Virus record (IMG/VR): IMGVR_UViG_3300011337_000379
Span: 1 to 31,990 of that record
Origin: a virus
Taxonomy: Duplodnaviria > Caudoviricetes
DNA: 31,990 bases
Direction: 5' to 3' (one strand)
Shown: piece after piece, positions 1-10,100 of the stretch
Numbering within the stretch: the stretch's first letter is position 1
Layout: every line of letters starts with the position of its first letter
Made by a program: the position numbers and the translations under genes
Notes under the pieces: generated by a model
Told to the model about the DNA's origin: nothing
Databases searched by the model: none
What the model saw: the letters and a program-made list of their open reading frames with translations, nothing else

Positions 1-15
1 AAAATTTTTTAAAAA

Positions 16-1050
16 ATGGAAAACATTTACCAACAAGCAATTGCTGATGCTAAAGCTTTACGCGCGTCTGCTATGGCGAACGCAAAGTCTGCACTACAAG
101 AAGCTTTTGAACCACAAATCAAAGAAATGGTTCGACTGAAACTCTCCGAAGAACTCGATGAAGTCGAAGAGCTAGAAGAAACTGAAGAAATGGAAGAAGG
201 AATGGATCACGAAATGGAAGAAGGATACGATGGCATGGAGGAAACTCTAGGCGAAGGCGATCTTGACGAAATTCTCGCTGAACTTGACGCACTTTCTGAA
301 GAAGATTCTGAAGAGCTCGAAGAATCAGAAGATCTAGAAGAGGCAGAAGAAATTGAAGAAGCTGAAACCGAAGACGAAGCAGCTGAAGAGTTTGATGACA
401 CAGAAGGAGATGAAGCCGCAGAAGAAACACAAGAAATTACTGTTTCACTTGGCGATCTTAAAGATTTGATCGATAAGATCAAAGGTCTAAATCCTGAATT
501 GGCATCTGACGAAATGGCTGACGACGAAGAAGGTATGGAAGACATGGAAGACGAAGAAAGCAAAGAAGAAGTAGAAGACGAGGAATCATTCTCTCTTGAC
601 GAAATCTTAGCCGAACTCGAAGAAGAAGACTCTTTACAAGAGAAAAAAGCAGGAGCATATATGCACTCTGTTAAAGTAAAAGACAAAAAAGTAGACGAAA
701 CCGAAAAAGAATTGAAAGACGCTAAGCATACTATTGCTGAACTTACTCAATCTTTAAATGAGGTTAATCTTCTCAATGCTAAGCTTCTTTACATGAACAA
801 AATCTTCAAAGCCAAAACTCTTACAGAGTCTCAAAAGATTCAAGTGGTCAAAGCTTTCGACAAAGCAACATCAGTAAAAGAGGTTAAAAACACATTCGAG
901 ATTCTTAAGGAGTCAGTGACTGCTAAAAAGAAATCTCAAATCCAAGAATCATTTGGATACGCTTCAAAACCCGCTGGCGTATCACCACGAACTAACGTAA
1001 TCGATGCAGATCCTTTCGTTAACAGGTGGCAAAAATTAGCAGGTCTATAA
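16..1050 (+). CDS. Prohead core/scaffolding protein
   Basis: 344 aa with an extremely Glu/Asp-rich core and a coiled-coil C-terminus ending RWQKLAGL. Lies immediately upstream of the major capsid gene, the position of T4 gp22-type scaffolds. Confidence 0.75.
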   Translation: MENIYQQAIADAKALRASAMANAKSALQEAFEPQIKEMVRLKLSEELDEVEELEETEEMEEGMDHEMEEGYDGMEETLGEGDLDEILAELDALSEEDSEELEESEDLEEAEEIEEAETEDEAAEEFDDTEGDEAAEETQEITVSLGDLKDLIDKIKGLNPELASDEMADDEEGMEDMEDEESKEEVEDEESFSLDEILAELEEEDSLQEKKAGAYMHSVKVKDKKVDETEKELKDAKHTIAELTQSLNEVNLLNAKLLYMNKIFKAKTLTESQKIQVVKAFDKATSVKEVKNTFEILKESVTAKKKSQIQESFGYASKPAGVSPRTNVIDADPFVNRWQKLAGL

Positions 1051-1074
1051 TAATCAAAAATTAATATTTTAACA

Positions 1075-2754
1075 ATGGCAAACCTAGTACAATCGTTACT
1101 TAACGAGTCAGCCAAAACAGCACACTTCGATCAGTTCAGTGTTGCTAACAAGCTCGCTGCTAAGTGGCAAAAATCAGGTCTTCTTAAAGGCCTCAACGAA
1201 GGTGATCGCTCAACTGTAGCGGTTATCCTCGAAAACCAAGCTAAACAGCTTGTAGTAGAATCTACTCAAACCGGTGGAGCTGGTACTCCACAAGCATCTT
1301 TTACTGCTGGTAATGGTGAACAATGGGCTGGCGTAGCTCTTCCTTTGGTGCGTAAGATCTTCGGTCAAATCGCTTCTAAAGAGTTCGTTTCAGTTCAACC
1401 AATGAACCTTCCTGCAGGTCTTGTATTCTATCTTGACTTTCAATATGGTAATAGCAAGACTCCTTTTGGAGTAAATGATTCAGTTTACGGTACCCCAAGT
1501 GCAAACTTTGGTAACCAAGCTGCTGGCGCTCTATACGGTGCTGGTAAATTTGGGTACTCTTTGAACCAATTCTCATCTTCTGCATTCGTAACTTCTACCG
1601 GTTCAGCCGCTGGAGTTCCTTACGTTTCTGCTTCTCAATTTGATGTTAGATTTGATTCTTCTGTTTCTGCTTCTATTGAGGCTGGACAAATTAAAAAAGT
1701 ATCTCTTCCAACTGCATCTATTCCTTCTTTTGATCCAAACACTGTTAGGTCTTTCGTAATAACTTCTGGTTCTAATTTTGGTCTTGACGCAGCTAAATTG
1801 TTACCTGCTTTCACAGAACTTGTAGGTGGTAACATCAACTTCTACGTAACTGCATCTCAAACAGAAGTTACTGGATCTGGTATCCCAGGTTGGTCAGTTT
1901 ATTTCAACAAAGCTACTGACTTTAATAGCCGTGGTGATTTTGAAGATCGTACAACCTCTCCTTCAGTTCCTAACGCAGCTTCTAACACTTCTATCGTTAT
2001 CCCTGAGATTAACGTACAGATGAAGAGCCAAACCATCTCTGCTAAAACTCGTAAGTTGAAAGCACAATGGACTCCAGAATTTGCACAAGATCTTAACGCT
2101 TACCATTCTCTTGATGCTGAAGCCGAATTGACCGGTCTACTTTCTGAGCACATCTCTCTTGAGATCGACCTCGAAGTTCTTGACATGTTGATCAACGCTG
2201 CTCCAATCGTAGAAAACTGGTCTGCTAAGGTTGGTAACCAAATCAATGCTACTGGTACAGGATTTAATCTAAATACCGCTGGTGTTTACTACACTCAAAT
2301 GAGCTGGTTCCAAACAATTGGTATCAAGCTTCAGAAGGTGAGCAACATCATCCATCAGCGTACAATGAGAGGCGGTGCAAACTTCATGGTTGTTTCCCCA
2401 GCTATCGCTACCATCTTGGAATCAATTCCTGGATTCGCAGCTGATACTGACGGTGCAGCAGATACAATGAAGTACGCTTTCGGTGTACAAAAGATCGGTG
2501 CCCTTAACAGTCGTTACAAGGTTTACAAAAACCCTTACATGACTGAGAACGTGATCCTTATGGGTTACAAAGGTGGTCAGTTCCTTGAGTGCGGAGCGGT
2601 TTATAGCCCTTACGTTCCATTGATCATGACTCCATTGATCTACGATCCGAACACCTTCACTCCTAGAAAAGGTATCATGACTCGCTACGCGATGACCATG
2701 GTTCGTCCTGAATTCTACGGATTGGTACATGTATCTGATCTTAACATTGTCTAA
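1075..2754 (+). CDS. gp23: Major capsid protein, T4 gp23-like
   Basis: gp23-family motifs VQPMNLPAGLVFYL, AKTRKLKAQWTPEFAQDLNAYHSLDAEAEL, YSPYVPL and FTPRKGIMTRY. Codon bias typical of high expression (AAC, TAC, GGT, CGT). Followed by a terminator. Confidence 0.96.
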   Translation: MANLVQSLLNESAKTAHFDQFSVANKLAAKWQKSGLLKGLNEGDRSTVAVILENQAKQLVVESTQTGGAGTPQASFTAGNGEQWAGVALPLVRKIFGQIASKEFVSVQPMNLPAGLVFYLDFQYGNSKTPFGVNDSVYGTPSANFGNQAAGALYGAGKFGYSLNQFSSSAFVTSTGSAAGVPYVSASQFDVRFDSSVSASIEAGQIKKVSLPTASIPSFDPNTVRSFVITSGSNFGLDAAKLLPAFTELVGGNINFYVTASQTEVTGSGIPGWSVYFNKATDFNSRGDFEDRTTSPSVPNAASNTSIVIPEINVQMKSQTISAKTRKLKAQWTPEFAQDLNAYHSLDAEAELTGLLSEHISLEIDLEVLDMLINAAPIVENWSAKVGNQINATGTGFNLNTAGVYYTQMSWFQTIGIKLQKVSNIIHQRTMRGGANFMVVSPAIATILESIPGFAADTDGAADTMKYAFGVQKIGALNSRYKVYKNPYMTENVILMGYKGGQFLECGAVYSPYVPLIMTPLIYDPNTFTPRKGIMTRYAMTMVRPEFYGLVHVSDLNIV

Positions 2755-2777
2755 CCTTTAAGGTAACACAATAAATT

Positions 2778-2810
2778 AAAGAGCCTGACTTCGGTCAGGC
2801 TTTTTTATTT
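2778..2810 (+). terminator. Rho-independent terminator after the capsid gene
   Basis: Stem AGCCTGAC (2782-2789), TTCG loop (cUUCGg), GTCAGGCT (2794-2801), then a T-tract TTTTTATTT. A short upstream A-run could allow bidirectional use. Confidence 0.93.
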
Positions 2811-2820
2811 TGGTCTGAAC

Positions 2821-2828
2821 ATATTTAT
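2821..2828 (+). promoter_or_regulatory. Putative late-promoter motif ATATTTAT
   Basis: The same octamer lies upstream of gene starts at 2821, 7146, 12365, 19988, 31321 and 31900. This copy sits directly after a terminator. Confidence 0.6.
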
Positions 2829-2841
2829 ACAAAACTGTTTC

Positions 2842-3522
2842 ATGAACGAAGGATACAATTCTGCACAAAAATCGGCAAAAAAGTTAAAGAATCCAATCAA
2901 GTTTTCTGTTTCATTAAACGAAGAGCAAAAGGAAGCTAAGTCCTTTATACTTCAAAACAAAATAACGGTTTTAAAAGGTCAAGCTGGATCTGGAAAATCT
3001 ATGGTAGCAGCGCAAGTTGCTCTAGACATGTTATTCAGAAAAGAAGTAGAGAGGATAATCCTAACTAGACCAGCAATTACTTCTGGAGAAGATCTTGGTT
3101 TTCTTCCTGGAGATAAAGACGCTAAGCTAGCACCGTATACAGCTGCCATATATGATAATATGTATAGGTTGTATAGCAAAGATAAGATCGATAAAGAGAT
3201 CATGGAAGGAAACATAGAAGTAATACCGCTTGCTTTTATGAGAGGAAGAAACTTAACCAATTGTTGCGTAGTAGTAGATGAAGCGCAAAACATAACCAGT
3301 CCTCAAATGGAGCTTATGTTAGGTAGATTGTGTATAGGATCAAAGATGATACTGTGTGGAGATACTGCTCAAATTGACTTAAAAGATAGAAAGTCATCAG
3401 GTTTTAAATTTATATGCGATAACTTCGCCTCTGTTACTGGATTTGGAGTGTTTACCTTAAAGACTAATCATAGAGATCCAATAGTAGAAGACATATTAAA
3501 AGTATACGATAACTTTAGATAA
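2842..3522 (+). CDS. phoH: PhoH-family ATPase
   Basis: Walker A GQAGSGKS, TRPA, LGFLPG, FMRGR, DEAQN, GDTAQID and a C-terminal HR motif, all diagnostic of PhoH. Confidence 0.95.
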   Translation: MNEGYNSAQKSAKKLKNPIKFSVSLNEEQKEAKSFILQNKITVLKGQAGSGKSMVAAQVALDMLFRKEVERIILTRPAITSGEDLGFLPGDKDAKLAPYTAAIYDNMYRLYSKDKIDKEIMEGNIEVIPLAFMRGRNLTNCCVVVDEAQNITSPQMELMLGRLCIGSKMILCGDTAQIDLKDRKSSGFKFICDNFASVTGFGVFTLKTNHRDPIVEDILKVYDNFR

Positions 3523-3531
3523 TAAATAACT

Positions 3532-4698
3532 ATGGCAAACCGTCCCATATGGCCTGGATCTTCTAGCTTTGCGCCTGGAGATACGCCTTTCGGATTTTAT
3601 GATAACGATGCAAGTTTCCAAGCTGATGCTGACAAAGTAGCTAAATACATAGCAATTAAGTTAGGATATCCTATTATGGATGTAGAACTTATTGAAGATC
3701 AAATGTATGCTTGTTTCGAAGAATCTGTTGCTATATACGCAGAAGAGCTTTATCAATCCAAGATAAAAGATAACTATATTTCTTTAGAAGGAGCTCCAAC
3801 AGCGTCTCAATTAAATAATATTGTAGTAGGAGCTTCTTTACAGAACATTATAAATATTTCCGATACTTACGGGCAAGCCGCAATGTTAGGAGGAAACGTA
3901 GATCGTAGATCTGGTTCACTATCTCTCATAGCGGGTCAACAAGTATACGATCTTCAAGCTTGGGGAATACAAAACAATTATATAGACGCTACAGATAGGA
4001 TGGTTATTCAAACCGTGTTTTATCAAGGAGTGCCAGCTATCAATCAATACTATGATCCATACATAGGAGGATCAATAAACTATCAAGGAGCAACTGAAAA
4101 CTTTGGATGGGCATCTTACTCTCCTGGTCTTAACTTCGTTCTTTTCCCAGTTTATTGGGACATTCAAAGGATTCAAGAGATCGAGATGTCTAATACAGTT
4201 AGACGCTCAGCATTTAGCTTTGAAATAGTCAACAACAAATTAAAAATATTTCCAAAACCTGAAATAGATAATGCGGTAGTTTGGATCGAATACTCTAAGA
4301 AGAGCGATTCCTCAAACGTTATATTAAATAGTCCTTATGGTGCAAATACAGGATTAGTTAGTAATGCTTCAAAAGCGCCTTATGGAAATATAACGTATGC
4401 ACAAATTAATCAACCAGGAAAGCAGTGGATATATGAGTACGCGCTAGCTTTAGCATCAGAAATACTTGGACTAGTTAGAGGAAAATACTCTGAAGTGCCG
4501 ATTCCTGGATCAGAAGTAACTCTTAACGGAGCAGATCTTATATCTAAAGGTAAAGAAACTCAATTAGCTTTAAGAGATAAACTTAGACAAGATTTTGAAG
4601 ATATGTCTAGAAGGTCTCAATTAGAAAGAAAACAGTCAGAACAAGCTTCTCTGTCAGACACACTTAAGGAAGTACCACTTTTAATATACATAGGATAA
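3532..4698 (+). CDS. Neck protein, T4 gp13-like
   Basis: LGYPIMDVEL near the N-terminus and WIYEYALALASEILGLVRGKY...IPGSEVTLNG near the C-terminus resemble gp13-type neck proteins. Position after the capsid gene fits. Confidence 0.75.
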   Translation: MANRPIWPGSSSFAPGDTPFGFYDNDASFQADADKVAKYIAIKLGYPIMDVELIEDQMYACFEESVAIYAEELYQSKIKDNYISLEGAPTASQLNNIVVGASLQNIINISDTYGQAAMLGGNVDRRSGSLSLIAGQQVYDLQAWGIQNNYIDATDRMVIQTVFYQGVPAINQYYDPYIGGSINYQGATENFGWASYSPGLNFVLFPVYWDIQRIQEIEMSNTVRRSAFSFEIVNNKLKIFPKPEIDNAVVWIEYSKKSDSSNVILNSPYGANTGLVSNASKAPYGNITYAQINQPGKQWIYEYALALASEILGLVRGKYSEVPIPGSEVTLNGADLISKGKETQLALRDKLRQDFEDMSRRSQLERKQSEQASLSDTLKEVPLLIYIG

Positions 4699-5189
4699 TG
4701 GCATTATTTGGAACGCTTAGAGATATTAGCTTATTTAAAAGCATGACTAGAGAACTTCTTGAAGATATAATATCTACGCAAATAGGATATTACAAAATAA
4801 AATTGAGCGATACTCCAGTCAACATGTATGGAGAAGCAGTAAATAAATATTATATAGGACCTGTTTTACTAAACTGTCTTATAGAAAGAGGAGATTTTGG
4901 AGTAAACAGGATAGACTATGCTATAGACGTTAATAGAAAGTCTGTATTTAGATTTTTTAAAGATCATTTGCAAGAGACTGGAGTTTTCCCTGAGATTGGA
5001 GATATAGTGATGTGGAATGAACACTACTTTGAAGTAAATAATGTTAATGAAAACCAATACATAGTTGGTAAAGATAATGATTACGCGTACTCAGAAGGAT
5101 TACAAAACTACGGTAACTCACTCTCAATCATTCTAGAGACTCATTACGTGAGTCCAGATAGGTTAGGAATAAACTTAAATAGATTATAA
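4698..5189 (+). CDS. Head completion/neck protein, T4 gp14-like
   Basis: 163 aa with NMYGEA and FPEIGDIV...YFEV motifs. TAATG coupling to both neighbours and gp13-gp14-gp15 synteny. Confidence 0.65.
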   Translation: MALFGTLRDISLFKSMTRELLEDIISTQIGYYKIKLSDTPVNMYGEAVNKYYIGPVLLNCLIERGDFGVNRIDYAIDVNRKSVFRFFKDHLQETGVFPEIGDIVMWNEHYFEVNNVNENQYIVGKDNDYAYSEGLQNYGNSLSIILETHYVSPDRLGINLNRL

Positions 5190-6454
5190 TGGCTAATCAA
5201 GTAGTGAGACCAGAGAACAGACGTGAGTTTATGAGTAAGCTCGTAGATCCTTACGATCCTAAGTATTTACCTGCTACCGAAATATTCTCTGAGCCTACTA
5301 AACTTGGTCAACCAGAAATCAATAGAGCTAACGAGATATCGTTAAAGAATGACAACGTTAGGGAGTTTAAAGTAGGAATACAAGACTTTGATCAAGCTAT
5401 AATGTACTATTTCAAAGAAGTCATTAAGCCGTTTGTTATTCAAAACAATACAAAAATAAACGTTCCAGTGCTTTACGGAGACCCGGAAAACTGGAAATCA
5501 GTTCAAGCAGATGGATACTATAGGGACGCAAACGGTAGACTATTAGCCCCATTGATCATGTTTAGAAGAAAAGGCATGACTCAGAATCGCGGTCTTGGTT
5601 CTAAAATAGACGGAAACGTGACAAAAAACATGCAATTGTTCCAAAAGACTTTTAGCAAAAGAAACGTATATGGAAACTTTGCCGTTCTAAACAATAGAGT
5701 TCCAGAAACAGAATATATAGCTTCTATAACTCCTGATTACGTAACAGTAAATTACGATTGCGTAGTCTGGACTTACTTTGTAGAGCAAATGGACGCTTTA
5801 GTTGAGTCAATAAACTTTGCTTCTAGAACTTATTGGGGAGATCCTACTAAGTTTCAATTTTATTCTTCAATAGAGTCTTTCGATGAGAGCATAACTTACG
5901 AAGTGGGAGAAGACAGAGCTGTAAAAAACACTTTTAGCATCACTTTAAATGGATACATCATACCTGAATCGATAAACAAGAGTTTGGCAAGTGCGAATAA
6001 AGTTTATGGGGTTTCTAAGATTATATTTGGAATAGAAACGAGTGATAGCGCACAATCAACTGAAGCCGTGAAGAAAAGATCGAATAATTTTAAACCTTTA
6101 GGCGCTATTTTAGCTCAAGACGGAGTTAATATTATTGTTAACGATGGAGGTTCACAAGGATTAACTCCAATTTACGCAAATTACTTAATAAACAATACAA
6201 GTTTAGTCGGAACCTACGTAAATTCAACCTCTGTAACTTTTAATAAAGGCTGGGCAGAAGCTCCTAGTCCTTTGCCTCCAAATAGTTCATCAAATTTCAA
6301 TATATTTGTGAATGGAGTCTACATTGAACCATCTTCTTATACTTTTACAGACAATATAACGTATTCTACATTAGTTATTAATCCAGCATTGCTTGGATAC
6401 AGTCTAGAATCTAATGATCTAGTAATAGCTATCGGTAAATTTTCTGCGATATGA
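5189..6454 (+). CDS. Tail terminator/sheath stabiliser, T4 gp15-like, with an extra C-terminal domain
   Basis: VPVLYGDPENW and PLIMFRR resemble gp15, and synteny fits. The last ~95 aa are paralogous to the next ORF. Confidence 0.6.
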   Translation: MANQVVRPENRREFMSKLVDPYDPKYLPATEIFSEPTKLGQPEINRANEISLKNDNVREFKVGIQDFDQAIMYYFKEVIKPFVIQNNTKINVPVLYGDPENWKSVQADGYYRDANGRLLAPLIMFRRKGMTQNRGLGSKIDGNVTKNMQLFQKTFSKRNVYGNFAVLNNRVPETEYIASITPDYVTVNYDCVVWTYFVEQMDALVESINFASRTYWGDPTKFQFYSSIESFDESITYEVGEDRAVKNTFSITLNGYIIPESINKSLASANKVYGVSKIIFGIETSDSAQSTEAVKKRSNNFKPLGAILAQDGVNIIVNDGGSQGLTPIYANYLINNTSLVGTYVNSTSVTFNKGWAEAPSPLPPNSSSNFNIFVNGVYIEPSSYTFTDNITYSTLVINPALLGYSLESNDLVIAIGKFSAI

Positions 6455-6795
6455 TACCAGATAAGAATATAATAGTTAAAGGTACTGGACAAGGCGCCAC
6501 TAATTCAAGAGCAGATATCTTGAACTACTTGGCGTCTAATACTGTTATTACTGGGTCTTATACCGACTACAGAACCGCTACTTTTAATAGAAGTTGGGCA
6601 GTAGCTCCTTCAGATTTTCCACCAAACTCTAGCGATCAATTTGAATTTTATATAAATGGATCTAGCCTTGAGTTTGAAGCTATACAAAGTTTTACTTCTT
6701 CGCTAAGTAGCTCTATTTTAGTCATAGATCCAGAAGTTTTGCAATACCAATTTGAATATGGAGATACTATAATATCAATAGGAAAATTTTTATAA
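6451..6795 (+). CDS. Hypothetical structural protein, paralogue of the C-terminal domain of 5189..6454
   Basis: Shares YLxxNT, TFNxxWAxAPSxxPPNSS, FxxxxNG, LVIxPxxLxY and IGKF with the upstream gene. ATGA overlap. Confidence 0.7.
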   Translation: MIPDKNIIVKGTGQGATNSRADILNYLASNTVITGSYTDYRTATFNRSWAVAPSDFPPNSSDQFEFYINGSSLEFEAIQSFTSSLSSSILVIDPEVLQYQFEYGDTIISIGKFL

Positions 6796-6799
6796 TACT

Positions 6800-7105
6800 A
6801 TGGCAAGAATAAAACTAAAACAAATACTATCTAACTTACATTACAATGAGGCAGATGATCAACTTATATTGAGTGGATCTAAAGTACCAACTGCTCTTCA
6901 AAATCCAGAAGACGTAGACGTTAATTGGAATGAAGCTTTTGGAAACTGGGATGGAACTAAGACTGGTATACCCGATTTTATAATTTATGGAAATACAGTA
7001 GTTACTTCAAGCGCTTATCAAGCTGGAACGATAGATGTATCAGGTTCAGTAGCTATAGTAGGAAACTTATCTGTTAGTGGATCTATTAGTACGGGAAGTT
7101 TGTAA
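6800..7105 (+). CDS. Hypothetical small virion protein
   Basis: 101 aa in operon context. C-terminal VSGS-type repeats like those of the downstream fibre proteins. Confidence 0.6.
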   Translation: MARIKLKQILSNLHYNEADDQLILSGSKVPTALQNPEDVDVNWNEAFGNWDGTKTGIPDFIIYGNTVVTSSAYQAGTIDVSGSVAIVGNLSVSGSISTGSL

Positions 7106-7145
7106 AAACTAAGAAAACTGGTTGTGATAAACATAGAATTACTTC

Positions 7146-7153
7146 ATATTTAT
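7146..7153 (+). promoter_or_regulatory. Putative late-promoter motif ATATTTAT
   Basis: Intergenic copy upstream of the 1732-aa fibre gene. Confidence 0.55.
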
Positions 7154-7175
7154 TGATAGTACTTAAAAAAAGAAA

Positions 7176-10100
7176 ATGGCATCATTAACTGGACAAAAGA
7201 TAAAGGATACATACAAATCGTTACTAAAAGTAGGCGATAACGGGCAAATAACTCCTAATTTTAAAAACATATCGGACGGTACCGGAAGCGCAACTGGACT
7301 GTATCTAAAAAGCGATGGAGTTGAAATAAGCGGATCATTTATAGTATCTGGATCTTTAGACGTGTCCGGATCTTTTTTTATAACTCAAATTTATGGCAAT
7401 TTAATAGGTACAGCTAGTTATGCTACACAAGCGATCAACGCTAACACTGCATCCTTTGCGCCTAATTACACAACTCTAATTGGGTTTAATAACTTTACCT
7501 CTAGCTACAAATCAGACAGTGGTTCTTTCGATCAAAGGACAGATTTGCTAGAAAATGCAATGTCCGGATCAAAAAGGCTTTATGTTTCACCAGAAGGTAT
7601 AGATACTAACGATGGTACAGAGCCTCACAAGCCTTTCAAAACGATAAAAGCAGCTGTAGACAGCTTAGGCGCTAAAAGCCCGTATAATATAAAAAGATAT
7701 ACGATATTTGTCGGGTCAGGAGACTACACCGAGCAAAACCCTATCGTAGTTCCTCCTGGAGTAGCGATAGTTGGAGACAACTTGCGTACAGTAAGGTTGA
7801 CCGCAGCTAATCCTACAAAGGATTACTTCCACATATACGAATCGAGTTATTTTTACGGACTTAGGATTCTAAACTTACAGCATCCCGCGTTCTGTTTCTC
7901 GTTTCCATGTTCTATCGCGACCGCTACAATTTCTGGAGGGCAAGTAACTGGACTTAATCTTATTCACTCAGCCACAGGATATACTGATGGAGTAAATCAG
8001 GATATAGGTATATTAATAGAAGAACCAGATGGAATAGGAACTGCAGCAACTGCTGTAGCAACTATATCTGGAGGATTAATAACCTCATTCACTATTACCA
8101 ACGGAGGATCTGGATACGCTTTAGGAGAAAAACCATTGGTCTCTATTCCGATACCAACCTCTGTAAGGCCTTTTATAGGAACTTCTCCTTACATTCAGAA
8201 CTGTTCTTCAATTACAGGACCTTTTGATAACTCAGGAAATCTAATATCTGTATTCACTCCATTACCTTACGACACAAGTAACGTAAATGAGCAAGGAGCT
8301 GGTGGTGGAATGAGAATAGACGGAAACTTAACTACTGTAGGCTCTCCATTAAGATCTATGGTGGCTGACTCATTCACTCAAGTTAACCAAGGAGGACCAG
8401 GACACTTAGTAATCAACAGAGGATATGCTCAGTTTGTATCTTGTTTCACTACTTTCTGTACCTATGGATTCAAAACCGCGGCAGGTGGATTCGCAAACGT
8501 ATCAAACTCAGTAATTGACTTTGGAAAATACGGATTAATTTCTAAAACCTATTATCCATTTACATATAATACAGGATCTTCATTAGAGACAAAAACCTCT
8601 ACTGTTAGTGGATTTGTTATAGATGAAAATGGAGCTGGATACACAGGATCAGTAGCAAATGTAACAATAACTGGCGGAGGAGCCATAGTAAACGCTACAG
8701 CTCAAGCAAATGTAAACGCAAATGGATCAATAGATGAAATAGTACTACTTACTGGTGGTAGCGGATACACCGATCAACCAAACGTAACTATTGCAGCACC
8801 AACTGGAGTTGGAGGAATTCAAGCTACTACTGTTGCTGGCAAAGCTAGCATAACAGGAGTATCTGAAATGCTAATAAGTCTAGTTAGTGGATCTAGAAGT
8901 GTAGACATAAGCTCAAACATGAGGCTTAACGGTACCAACTACCTTATCACAGGAGTTGCTGCAGTAAGTGGACAACCTTCTCAAAAAAGAATAACTACAT
9001 ATCCTTCTCCTTCAAGTATAGCTACTGGAGACGTAGTACAGTTCTACGATTTATCTAATATTTCTACTGGAGGTCTTGTTAACGAATACGTTGGTAGCGG
9101 TGTAACTTACAATGCTCTTCCACAGTACGGAGGAATTCCAATAAAGCAAAGAGAAGTCACTCAAATAGCTCCTGGTAAAGTATTCTACGTAACTATCGAT
9201 AACATAGGCAATCTAGCGATAGGAAGCTACTTTGCGGTGAATCAATTGACAGGCGAAGTAACGATAAACGCCAATTCATTTAATCTATCAGGACTAAACG
9301 CTATCGGACCGTTCAAAAGAAACGGAGTTCCTGTTGGAGTAGTACTTCAAGAGGTAAGTAACAACACAGCTTTAATAAACTCTCAAGGAATTTACGGAGA
9401 AGATACAGCACCAACTCAATACGCTGTTCAACAGTACGTATCTGTAGTTAGTTCTTCAATTGGAACTAATATAGCGCAAACAAGCGCGTCTATCGCAAGC
9501 AACATTGCAGCTACTAGCGCTAGTTTAATGAGCCTATCCTCTTCTTACGCGTCGCTCTCCTCTTCTTTTAGATCAGGATCTTATTCAGGAAGTTTTACAG
9601 GATTCTTTACTGGATCTATAGGCAACCTAAAAGGAAGGTTACAATACATTCCGGCCTTTTCTTCAGTGGACTCATTGGTTACTAGCTCTATGTATCAAAT
9701 ATACCCACAGAGCATCGCAATCAACCAAGAAGCGATAACTACTGCTGCTCCCGAAGCGTTGTATGTGTGGCAGTCTAGCACTTCTTCATTCAATGTAATA
9801 AGCGGTAAGGGTAACCTAAACAACTACTTACAACTAAACATACAAAATACAAATCAAGGACCAACTGCATCTTCTGACGTAGTCGCAACCGCAAATAACG
9901 GAGACGAGACTACGAATTACATAGACATGGGTATTAACGGAGAAAACTTCGTTGGTCCTATCGGTGTATCTAACGATGCATATCTTTATTCAACTGGTAG
10001 AGACCTTCACATCGGTAACGCTTCAAATTATCCAGTTCAAATATTCGCAGGTGGCTTTGATACTAACTTAAATAGAAAAGCTGTATTTAGTCCTAATGGA

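Noticed and set aside
1450-2000. Long divergent segment within the major capsid protein as a possible intein or intron
   Set aside because: The frame is open, with no intein Cys/His-Asn ends or homing endonuclease motifs. It lies where gp23-type proteins carry a variable insertion domain.
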